In this document: one piece after another, positions 1 through 11,060 of the stretch
Position numbering within the stretch: the first letter of the stretch is position 1
How the letters are laid out: each line of letters begins with the position of its first letter
Assembly (NCBI GenBank): GCA_036172245.1
Contig: JAYWIR010000033.1
Location: 248,001 to 312,000, forward strand
Origin: Raillietiella orientalis
Lineage: Eukaryota
Length of the DNA: 64,000 nt
Reading direction: 5' to 3'
Position numbers and translations under genes: made by a program
The notes under the pieces: generated by a model
What the model was told of the DNA's origin: nothing
Seen by the model: the letters and a program-made list of their open reading frames with translations, nothing else
Database searches by the model: none

Positions 1-2348
1 AGGGGTTTTAGTCGGAATCTTGGGCGATAGTGGCCCCACAGTGTTTTTCTCTGCAGCTTGTCGAACTCCCTCGTGGTTTCCTTGTTTATCCTCGCAAAGG
101 CCGCCCCGAAGAGCACTTATGGAAGGAGTACTCCGTTCCAAATGTTGGCCTTTCGCTTCATTCCAAGGTCCGTTTGGGTGTACTTGGCTGCTTCCTTCGC
201 CGTTTTCCCTAGGATCTCGGTCCACAATAGCTTCGACGCGGAGACGTCGCCAATGTAGACACCCAGGTACTTGGCCTTGTCCACCGTTGATAATCCTTTC
301 CCCGCTAGAGTGGAGAGATCGAAGATTCCAACGGGCGAGAGCTGGCTTTTCTGGGCGTTGATCTTTAGACCCAGGCCTTGATCCATCAGGTCTACCACAT
401 CCAGAAACGCTCGTTGATTTCTCTCTCCCTTGATAAAGAAGAGTAGATCATCAGCGTATGCAAGATGGGTAAGACGCTGGCCATCGATTGTTATGCCTTG
501 CAGTCGTCCGCTCTTCTCGATAAAGGACGATAACGCCTCCATGTAGATGACGAACAGCATCGAACTTAGCGAGTCGCCCTGTCGGACTCCTCGTTCCATC
601 CTGATTGCTGCCGTCTCCTGGCCGTTGATTTTGATTCGGCAGTACTGGTTCTGGAGTACCACCCTCACGAAGTTGCTGAAGTGTTCCGGAAGGCCTAGCT
701 TCTCCAGAACCTTCAGCAGCATCCCATGGTCGATGGAGTCGGAAGCCTTCTCCTTGTCAGTGAACACCAGCGCCAGATTCTCGCCGACGTATCGGCTGAG
801 TCCGACGGTGGCCTTGGCACACATGACATTGTCCGACATGTAACGTCCAGGGACTGCACACGTTTGGACCGGAGAGATGAGCCTCGACATGACCTTGCCA
901 AAGCGGTTGGACCAGATCTTCGCCAACCACTTGGCATCCGAGTTCAGGATCGAGATTGGCCTCCATTGAGCGACCTGCGTGAGGTCGCCTCCTTTAGGCA
1001 ACAATCTCATCCGACTCTCGTAGAAGGACTGTGGAAGTCTTCCTTCTTCACGGATGCAGAGGGTCAACTGGTGGAACAAACGCAGGTAGGCATGCAAGTA
1101 CCGCTGATAGTGAGTGATGAGTACGCTGTCAGAGCCCGCTGCCACGTCCTTGCGTAGTTGACCAAACGCAGTCTTCACCTCGTCTTCGGAGAATTCCTCC
1201 TCCAGTCTGTTCCGCTGGAGGTCGTCGATCCTCTTCTCGAGATAGCTCAAGAAGGCCTGTTGACTAGAGCGACACAGCTGTTGTCGCCTGAAGTGTTTCG
1301 TGTAATGCCTTTGAAAGGCATCCACGATGTCCCCAGACGACTGTCGCTCTTGACCGTCGTACTGGATGCAGAAGATATCTGTTGCCAGATTTCTCTTCTC
1401 CAGCACGCCGACTTCCTCTATTATGTTATTGAGGACGTACCGTCTCTCGTACTGATCGAAGTACTTTGAGAGTGAGCGATCTTGGATGTTCAGCTCCCGT
1501 TACGCCTCCTGCCTCAAGCGCCTATCTCCGAACTGCATGTTTGCAAACAGGTGTATCCTGTGTTTCAGGCTGTCCCAGTCGGCGACTCTTCGGATTGTTG
1601 TTGCCTTCAGAATCGTCTCCAGGACAGCCTGATGTCCGGGATGGGTTTCGAACCAGGCGGGCATGCTGATGAGTGCTGCCCTGGTGCCTTGCCTCCCCCG
1701 AGGATTCTCCGTTCTTAGGGAAAACCGCACCAGGGGGTGATCGGACACCCTGGTCATAATGTGTCGAAAACCCTGGATGCGATTCCCAAGTTCGGTGCTG
1801 TGCAGGACGTGATCGATCGGCTTGTGACTTGCAGATCGTTACACCAGTCCGAACTCGTCGGATAACTGCCGATACGCCGTCCTTCCTCTGGCGTCTTCGC
1901 AGTGAGTGATCTCATCCAATATGTTGAGATCGCCAGCAACAATCACGACGTCCTTTGAAGCAACCTTTTCACGGAGTGCTGCATTCAGCGCCTCCGCTCA
2001 ACGACGTTTTAGCCTGTGCGGCCCGTACACGTTCACCAGGATGAGGTGAACAGTAGCGGACCAGGCCAGTCGCACGCCGATGATTCGTCCGGGTTGGGGA
2101 CAGAACACTTCCAGAATAGTGGGGGCCAATTTGTTCTTTATTAGGACCGCGACACCCTGCGTGTTCCGTTCTCCGTCGCTGACGAAAATCTTCCTGTTGA
2201 ATCGCCGTTCCATTTGCTGACTAATCTCGAGACCTATCTTGTGGGTCTCCTGTAGGCACACTATGTCTTGTTGTGCGATGGTCCGCACAATCCTTTTTCT
2301 TTTTCCCTGGTCGACCATACCGTTTACATTCCAGGAGGCGATGTTCAT
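1..2348 (-). pseudogene. ORF2 (APE-RT) of A1, disrupted
   Basis: Split across ORFs 1998-2483, 1500-1757 and 117-1406. AYADD lies at about 447-461. Stops and frameshifts present. Confidence 0.93.
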
Positions 2349-2389
2349 CCTCCTGGCGGTCGATAGGGAAGAAGCTATAAAAGGGGAAG

Positions 2390-4177
2390 ACGTATTTTTT
2401 TGCCTTGCTGAGCTTCTTCTGTCTGAGAGAGCGTGCTCTTCCAGACAATGAAGAAGCAGCGACCTTCTTGCTGCCGGCGTCACTCTCTGTTCCAGTGAGG
2501 TCCGTTACTTCCGCCTCCTCCGTCGAGTGTTCGGCCCGCGCGATAGGTTTTTGAGATAGCGTCTCTAGCTGGATCTTGGCGCAGAAGTTCGCCTTCACGT
2601 CGAGAAGCTGTTTATCTAACTTCTCGCGTTCAGCGACCTCCACCACCTGGTTGATGTTCTCTTGTGCAGTGCAGATCTTCTGCAAGATTTTCTCTTGCTG
2701 AGGACCGCTCTGCACCTCCATGATCTCCTCCGCCTGTGTTGCCAACACCTTTGTAGTCTCCAGAGCCTGCTGCGACACTTTAGTGGCTTCCTGTCTCTCT
2801 TCCTTCGCGCCTTCCTGCGCTACCTCCATCTTCTCGCCTTCTTGCTCTTCACCTTGTAGAATGAGAGGGGTTTCTTGCTCCTTGACGAGCATCCTCCTCT
2901 TTCCTTTCTTCCCTACCTGTATGAAGCCGTCTTCCGATTCCGGGACGGCTTCTTCCACCTTCTTCGGCCTTCCTGCCTTCTGAGGCTGTTCCGCCTCCTT
3001 GGTGTTTCTCTCTCTCACGGGCTAGAGGCCTCTAATCATTCTGCAGTTTGCAAACTCCACAGCTCCATTTGGCATGTCCGTGTTTCTTGCAGAAGAAGCA
3101 CACCTCCGGCTGCGGGCAGTTTCAGACTTTATGTCCTACTTTGCCCCAGCGGAAACAACGACACGTTGGGCAAGAGCCGGCCCTGTGGCCGAACTGCTTG
3201 CACCCTGTGCAGAATATCGGCGGTTGCCGGTAACGCACGTTCACTCCCTGGGATTGTTCGTCAAGAACGGCTAATCCAGGGATCACAGCTCCCTCTTTCA
3301 ACTTCATTATTGCGATCATGTCGCCAGAAAATATATTTCCAGAGAAGTTCTGGAATTCAAGGTCCAGAACTTCCCCATACTGCTCCAAAAAGTTCCACAC
3401 CGTTAGTTGCGGTGTGAGGATGGTAATGCCGTTCAGAAAGACGGTTGTGTATGGCATCTCGCCAACACCACAAACCATCCTCCCTTGTATATTGATCCTC
3501 TTCTGGATCAATCGCTCTCTAATCTTTTCACAGTCTGTGAAGACTGTGAACCCGTTGTTTGCTGGTATGATCGCCTGTATGCGATCAAAATTCATGTACG
3601 TTTTATCGAGGGACAGATAGAGCTCCCTGATATTACTGAACTTGATCAGCCCAGTTTTGAAAATGATGGGCTCTACATTCGGCCCTAACTCAACGATCGG
3701 CCGATCCACCTTTTGGACTTTACCGCATAGCGGCTTCCCGAATTTTCTTGGTGGGTGGACACTCGCTTGTCCAGCCGCCACCGACGCATAGGAAAAGGGC
3801 TGCGCCTCCGCAGCCAAACCAGATGGCGTCTCGCCCTGAACCGCGTGGATGCCCGCAGGTCCTCCCTGGGACGCCGCCGCTCCGAGCGCAACCCTCGACG
3901 TCGCCACCTTTGCCGCCGCGAGCGGCACCCTCGGCATCGCCGCCGCAGACGCGACCTTCCCCGCCGCGGGCACGATCCTCGGCGTCGCCGCCGTGGGCAC
4001 GACCTCCGCCGTCGTCGCCGCGGGCACCACCCTTGGCATTGCCGCCGCCGGCGCAGCAAAGCCCGCCGCGGGCGCGATCCTCGGCATGCCTGCCACCGCC
4101 TCGCCGTTGTCGCACGTTGCCTCCATGGCTTCCATGGGGGACGACGGTCTCTCCACTCCTCCTCTAGGTGCCTGCAT
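2390..4177 (-). pseudogene. ORF1 (gag-like nucleic-acid-binding protein with CCHC knuckles) of A1, frameshifted near 3120
   Basis: CTGCKQFGHRAGSC, CFRWGKVGH and CFFCKKHGHAKWSC, then a Glu/Gln/Lys-rich coiled-coil-like tail. Confidence 0.9.
3870..4090 (-). repeat. Imperfect coding tandem repeat of about 16-17 aa in family A ORF1 (also about 49020-49210)
   Basis: Units MPRIAPAAG, MPRVVPAAT, TPRIVPAAG, MPRVPLAAA. Confidence 0.8.
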
Positions 4178-4309
4178 CCTGGCAGCTGGTCTTGCTGCAC
4201 GGGATCACTGCAGGTCTTTTGCCGCGATCTCCTCGCCGCTTCTTTTTTTTAGTTTCGTTTGGAAAACTTCCCCTCTCAAGCACACACGAGCACAATTAAC
4301 TGATTACTT

Positions 4310-7300
4310 TGTCAAGCGCACAATACTGTGAGCCGCGGAGCAAGTTCAGCGACTTGGAAGGAGAGGAGCAATCTCCCGACTGTCAAGAAGGTGACTCCGT
4401 TGCTGCATTTCAAAGGCGTAGCGAAAGCAACGCCCCCAGAGAACGCAGCGAAAATCCCGGAGGTTTCCGCAACTACTGTCGCGGAAGCCTCCGAAAATCG
4501 CGAAGGCGAATGGAAAGTTGTGGAGAGGAGGAAAGAAAAATTATTAAAAAAGGCTTCGCAACATCCATCCCTGAGCTCTTCTAAAGGAAAGAGCAGTCGA
4601 GCGAATACGGAAACACGTGCGGCTTGTGCCTCTTCTCAGGAAAAAGCCAGCGCCTTCAACGCGTGCAAGTCCACTTCTGTGACCTCCGAGAAGACCATTC
4701 CGGTGCAATCGGACGGATGCAAGCGCACGTCGATCGTGCGAGCATCAGACTTCGCAAAGGAGTCCGATTGCGCCGACGAACGACGCGTAACTCGCGTGGG
4801 AGCGAGCGCCCGCAGGGATGAAGACCGTAGGCGTGACACACTCGCCGAGGAACGGCGAGTGCTCACCCTGGAACCAATAGGTTCTGCACCCAGGGAGAAG
4901 CACTCGATTACGTGCAGCACAGTTGAGGCCGGTGGCGACCGCGCCCTCCAGCCCGTCGTGGTGCTTACTGCCCGCTTGTCGGCTGAGGCGAGCACCACGG
5001 CCTCGCTTTCCCAACCGTGATGAGGGCAATCGCGTCTTCTCGTCGTGTTGCCGTGACGTCTTGGAACGTCAACGGGCTCCAACACGAGGAGAAGAGGCGA
5101 CTAGTGGCTGACGCTCTGCGCGCTTTCGACTTGACGCTCCTGCAGGAGATTCACAGCATCTCCGGTGAGCAGGCTGCCCAAATCGAACGGCGCGCGGGCG
5201 GAACGCTACTTTATAGGTGCAGCGTTGCACCTACGTAGAACGTCGCTTTCCTCGTGCAAGGAACTTTGGCGGAAGCGCTGCGCAGCGTTCGTTTCGACAC
5301 GGAAGGTCGAGTGGGACAGCTTGTACTTAAGTGGTCCGAGTCGATCGACCTTGTCGTAACCAACGTGTACGCGCCGAGCGGTGCTGGACGAAAAGCCGAA
5401 AGGATTGAGTTCTTCGGTACCCTTCAAAGCCATTGGCTCACTCGATCTCACCCTATTGTTGCCCATCTCATTGCGGGGGACTTTAACGTCCACCTGCTTT
5501 CCGAGAATAGATCCCACAAAAGGGAAAAGTTGCTAGCGGAAGAGATGTGCGCGTCCGTGCACGCGTGCACCTTGTTCGCTAGCGACCCTGTTATGGCAGC
5601 AACGCCGGACCACGTATACCTTGATGAACACTTGCTCTGTCGAGTGGGTCGGAGAGGTCCCGTGCCGTCCGTGCTTTCACACCACAACAGGCTCGAGTTC
5701 GAGTTGCTCCCGCCAGGCAAGGGGCCTCCAAACTGTTTTTGGAGGATGCCGGCAGACTGGCTAAGCCACCCGGAGGCGGCTGAGCATCTTCGCCAGTACA
5801 TCCTCGGCTTTGCCATAAGTGAGCTCGAGGACTGGGACGATCTGAAAAGATCGGTCCGCGAGTTCTGCTGCCGGTTTCCCTTGCACTAACTTCCGCGCCG
5901 CTTCGGAGAGGGCATAGCCAAAGCAGAGATTTTCTGCAGGCCCGCTCCTTTTCCAGGCGCGCGGACGTCGGTCGATTATCCGAGTACAAGGCCAAGGGCA
6001 AGCGCCAGGTCTGGCAGTCAGGGGCGACAGTTCTGCTCGACGACCAGAACCGGGAATGCTCGGCTCCAGCCGACGTGCGACGGATAGTCAGGCGCTATTA
6101 CTCTTCTCTGTAAGCAGAGAAGAGTAAGAACGCAGCCTCTCTCGGCTGCTTCTGCCGATTGATGCACCTGTTGTAGACGAGAAAGAACGCGCGCGTCTTG
6201 ATGAGCCCTTCACGGGAGAGGAAATTTCCTCGGCCATCTCGGGGCTCAAGAGACGATAGCGCCAGGCGAAGATGGGCTCCCCGCGGAATTCTTTCAGTGT
6301 TTTGCGGCGGAGCTCATCCCCCTGGTGCTCCAACTCTCGTCGCTGATGCGAGACTCGGGCGATGTCCCCGCCTCGTTTCGCTCAGCGAAGGTGCGTCTAC
6401 TGCCGAAAGGCGGAGATTTGCGCCAACTGAACAACTGGCATCCGATCACATTAGTGAATTGGGACGTCAAGTTGTTCTCGAAACTTTGGGTGGCGCGGAT
6501 GGGTAGGATCGCGGAATTCTTGGTAAGTCCGGAGCAGACGTACGCTGTTCCTGGGTGGTCCATGGACGCGAATCTCTTGTTCATCCGCACATGGCTGCAA
6601 TTGCAGCATCGTGTGGCGGTGGATCGTCGTGCGGAAGCGACGCCTTTGATCTCTCACCGATGGAGGCGCGGGACGCAAAGGGAGACACCGGGAGCCTTCG
6701 CGGCTGCAGTCGATCTACACAAAGCTTTCGATTGCGTGAACCAAAAGCTTCTTCTTGAGCTTTTGGAACGTCTGGGTCTTCCGGCATCCCTGTTGGCGTA
6801 CTTGCGCTCCTGCTGGCGTCACTCGATTACATCCATTGTTTTCAGTGGCTGTCGTGTGTGCGGCGTGCCGGTACGACGAGGAATTAGGCAGGGTGACAGC
6901 TTAAGCCCGCTGCTCTTCAGCATCTATTTTGAATTGGTGCTGGAGGCTTACAGGCTGACGCTAGCCAACCTGCCGAGCTCCTGTCCAGGTACGCCGGCCG
7001 TGGCAGCCTGTGCCGACGACCTGCTTCTCCTGTTGCCCATGTCCACCCCGGCGACATCGCTTGAAGACTTCTTTGAGTTGATTCGTCGCGGTGCGGGCGT
7101 GAGCGTTAACAGGAGTAAGTGTATGGTTGTTCCGGTGGGTGCGACGTGGGAGAAGCAGTCCGACTGGATCGACCTGGAGATACCCACGGTTAGGTACCTC
7201 AGTTACCTTGGCGTGCCGTTGGGCGACTTGTGCATCTCAGAAGCGTGGTCGGACTGCCTTCGGAAGGCAGAGCGTGCACTTGGCCCGTTTTCAGGAGGCG

Positions 7301-8943
7301 ACTTCGTCTTGCCGGAACGGGCCTGCATCTGGAACACCTTCGTTGCCCCCCTCCTCCGCTTCCTGTTTTTTGTTTGTCCACCCCCCTAGGAAGTCAAAGT
7401 CTGGGCGCAGCGCCTTCTACGCAAAGCGTCGTGGGGCGCTGCAAGATCCCGTGTTAGACTTAAAGACTTGGTGGCGCCGCGTCAGGATGCAGGCTTGGGC
7501 ATCCTCGACTTAAACAGCATCGAACTGCAGGTGCAGTTTCGCATGCTGCGGCTCTGTGCCAAGCTGTGGTTTACGCCGTGGTGCTTACCCGCACGCCTTA
7601 TACTGAGGCGTTACACGGGAAGCGAGGGACTGCTTTCGTTGCTACCCCACATTCGGCACAGCAGAATAGGGTTTGGCTTCCCGCTGAGGCAGCTGTCCTC
7701 ACTGCTGGAAGTCCAAAGCTGGATCTCCTGCCGCCCCATGAACAATAATTCATGGCGGCAGGAATCTTTTTCATCGTGGGCAGCTTCCGAATGAACGCGC
7801 CCGGAAGATCTTCGACGCCTGCGACTTCTCCTCAGTCATCAAATGGACGAAGTCATGCAGCACAAGAAGTTGTCGGATCGTCTGGCCGCCACACCACTCG
7901 CCGTAGCGCTGTCTTCCCTCAGGGCAAGCAACGACGGTTGCCTACCGGCGGAATAAGAGTTCTCCTGCAAAATAGCAAGAGTCAGTAAGCTCCTCGGCAG
8001 CTGGACGACAAAGGAGCTGGTGCAAGCCGCCACACCTCGGAATCAGGCAAAGGGACTGCTTCGGTGGAGCGAACATATAAGTGTGCCCTTCGAAGAGATA
8101 GTGGTTGTTTCCGTTTGTTTGGACAGCTCTGCGTGTCCCCTAAAGTGGGAACAAGATGTGCTGCTCTTTTTACATTGTGCATTGGACTGTAATAGGCAGC
8201 AAAGCATCGTTTTCGGAAGAGCTGCTTTGCCAAACTGTTTAAGGTGCGGAGAGATCGAGTCTTTTCCGCACCTTTTGCTGGACTGCGGTGAGCTCCGGGA
8301 ACTGTGGCGAAGGCTTACTTCGGCCATCATGCCACAAGGAGGCACTGCCATTGATGTGCTGCGGCGCTTCTTCAGCAGAAATGGACTTTCGGTTGGCGCG
8401 ATTGTCGCAACCATGTGTTGCGTTCGCGCCATAGTGAAGGCCCGCTACGCCCTGGAGTTGTCATCGCAGCGAAGGGAGGCTCACCTGCTTGCAGCTCAAT
8501 TCATGGAGAAGGCTTCAAGGTGGTCTCATCTTCGTGACAAGGTGAATGAGGACATCACCGGCATACATCGCCAGTTTACACACCTTTGAGAACGGCGTAA
8601 TCCGGTGACCTCTGCGACCTCTCGCCCACTCATACCCCGTCCCCGTTCGCTCGATAAAATTTTCGGTGCTCATGCTTTTACCCCCGTGTCTTCCAGAGCG
8701 ATCTCAAAGAACCTTATCCCGTCCTCCTTATTCATTGTTTTTATTTTATTCTGGTTTCTTTGTGTTTCCCGCCCCCCCACACCGTTCAAGAAACTATTAC
8801 TCTGGCCTGCGTGCCAGCAATATTCTCTTCATTTTTGTTCAGTCCTCGGTTGAAAGTTTGGTTTTCAACTGGTTTATTTTGTATAATTGCTTTTTTTGGT
8901 TATGTTATATGGAATAAACGCCCCGGCGTGACCGGGTGAGAAA
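4310..8943 (+). mobile_element. L1/Tx1-like element B1: 5'-incomplete ORF1, ORF2 and 3' UTR
   Basis: ORF1 tail ends SLSQP-TGA. Then APE (SWNVNG, LLQE, NVYAP, GDFN), RT (GIRQGDSLSPLLF, CADD), zinc finger CLRCGE..HLLLDC and the 3' AATAAACG hairpin. Confidence 0.93.
5020..8589 (+). pseudogene. ORF2 (APE-RT-zinc finger) of B1
   Basis: Multiple stops and frameshifts. The catalytic YADD is mutated to CADD at about 7009-7020. Confidence 0.92.
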
Positions 8944-10844
8944 TCTCCCGGTCTTGATCTGCGGAGATCACGTGGATCTCCTGCAGCAGCACCAGGTCGA
9001 AGAATGCCAGGGTGGCGGCCACGTCACGCCTCTTGCCGTCGTCGCTTAGCCCTTTCACGTTCCAACAGGCGATCAGAAGACGAAAGCGAGAGGCGATTCC
9101 CGGCATTATGGCAGGGAAAGTGGCGTCGCGGCACCTGCTGCGGGGCAGGTGTAGGACAGGTCCACGGTACGAGGACGGAGGCCTTTTCAGGCGCCTGGGG
9201 TACCTGTTCGTCCTCCATCCTCACCGTCCCCTCCGTGTCCGAGCGTGGAATTCTCTCGGGCGACAAGTCCCGGGAGTTTCCTACGCTCATGGCACCCTCG
9301 CTACCGGAAGCCATCTCTTCCCCTACGTCGGGAAAGACGATCTTCCGGGGCATTGTGGACTTTGGTCCTGCCTTTTTGCGGAGTGCCGCGGAGATGGATG
9401 CTGTGTTTCCGGCCTTCACCTCGGGGTCGGAAGTGGCCGACTCCTGAGGGGAAGCCGGACGCCTGACGGCCTTCTTGCCAGCCTTGGGGGCAACCGGCTG
9501 CAACGAGGCAGCCAGCTCCTCCGCGGCGCGCTCGAAGGCGACGTCATCGAGCGTGGGCTCGATGACGGACGCCGCCGCCTCGTTTCCCTCCTTGTTGACT
9601 TTGTCAACGGAGGGTTGAGCAGGGGCAGCAGCGAGTTCTTTAGCGCCGCATTCGTCGATGGCGAGAATCCGCTTTACAACGACGCAGTAGCTTTTAATTT
9701 TTTCGCGGCGCAGAGCGGTTTCGCTCCGTTTCGCCACGTTCTTTCCCTTCTTATGGGAGTTTTTCTTGGGATCGACCTTCTGGCACCCTGGCTCTTGACC
9801 CTCGCCCTCGACCTTTACGGCGTTTTTCGCCGGGGTCTCGGGGCTGGCCTTCACCTTGGTGGCGGAAGTGACCTCCTTAGCAGCAGAACGAGCTGCCGGC
9901 TATTTCCTCTTTTTAGCCTCGCGCTTTCTCGCGTTTTTCGCGGACACGACGCGGACTGTGTTTTGGGGGCACACCAGACGGGTGTGCTCCGCTTGTTTGC
10001 ATTGCTGGCACTGCACGCTCGGACACCTCATTTCAAGGTGACCAAAGCTGCTGCAGCAGCCGCAAAACTTTGGTTTCCCCACGTACCACACGTCAACGGA
10101 TTCACCGTTGACGGTGAGTTTGTGGGGAACCTCACATCCCTCGGAAACCGTCACTCGCGCTGCACCCAGGCCGTGAAGCAACCCGTCGTAATCGACAAAA
10201 GGAGTAGGCTTTCCCTACAGCGCGTTGACGTTTGGGAATTTTTTCAATTCGTTCCGGACGGCCTCCTTCGTCATCCGAAACGTGATACCGGTCAGGTGAA
10301 TGATCACCGACCGGTCTTCAGTAATTGGGAGAAGCGTCCGGCTGCCCATAATTACGGGGGTTCGCAAAAGTCTCTGCGCAAGAGTCGCCTCCTTGCAGAT
10401 ATCTTCAACAAATTGAACCCCGCTTCTGACGGACATAGCCAGAAGCTCCTCTTTCTGTACGCCGAGAACGCGCATCGCCTGTGAGAATGCGCGCGCGTTC
10501 TCGGGAGAATATAGACAGCCTACCTTATATAGAAGGGGTGGGTTATACCCCTCCTCCAGGTAAGCGCGCATTTTCGCCATAGCCGCTGGAGTAGGTGCCG
10601 CAGGCACGGCGTTCCAAGCCCTGGGTAGAGACGGGGCCGCGTCCGTGCTGGCGGGAGCCTCCACTGATTCGGGAGCCCCCACCTCCATCTGCTCCGGGGG
10701 CAATGAGGTCATCGCACCCGGATCCTCACCGGTGGTGATATCAGGCATTTCTGCCTAATCCTCCACCCACACCACGCACAGGCGCCAACGGAAATGGAAC
10801 TCAGGAGCAACGAAAAGACACGTCCGCTCGACGCTCCGGAATCT
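8944..10844 (-). mobile_element. Element D1: 5' end, ORF1 (10748-9106) and start of APE, cut by the 3' end of B1
   Basis: Closely similar to 14490-16405. Knuckles CGCCSSFGHLEMRC and CQQCKQAEHTRLVC. ORF2 starts MPGIASR..CWNV. Confidence 0.93.
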
Positions 10845-11060
10845 TCATTGAAACCCGGGTGCGCCGGGACGTTTATTCTAACGAATAAACTTATACAATC
10901 TGTGACTGGACCAGTAGTCCAGCCACGCCCTGGAAAGATATAGCCTGCCGGGCTACCGGTGCGCAGACCGGCGCGGTCGACCTCGGCAGCAGAGGGGAGG
11001 GGGAACGAAACAAAAAGAAAACAAAAAATAAACAAAAATCAGGGAGGGAGCGGGAAGGGA

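Larger units (their letters stand above)
1..4290 (-). mobile_element. L1/Tx1-like non-LTR retrotransposon, family A copy 1 (3' end runs off the window)
   Basis: ORF1 with three CCHC knuckles, followed by APE (SWNVNG, LQETH, NVYGP, SDH) and RT (WRPISILNSDAK, GVRQGDSLS, YADD, KYLGV). Colinear with 43882-49440. Confidence 0.95.

Noticed and set aside
3685..4331. Overlapping Arg-rich and Gly-rich ORFs in several frames (also 48896-49422)
   Set aside because: Alternative frames of the GC-rich Ala/Pro repeat of ORF1.
9012..10484. 490-aa + strand ORF (and 550-aa ORF at 14393-16045) antisense to D ORF1
   Set aside because: Codon-aligned shadow of a GC-rich ORF1 that rarely uses TTA/CTA/TCA. No domain and no ATG start; its presence in both copies follows from their similarity.
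10900..11000. HDV-like or hammerhead ribozyme in the UTRs
   Set aside because: I could not fit the nested double pseudoknot or the CUGANGA/GAAA cores by eye.
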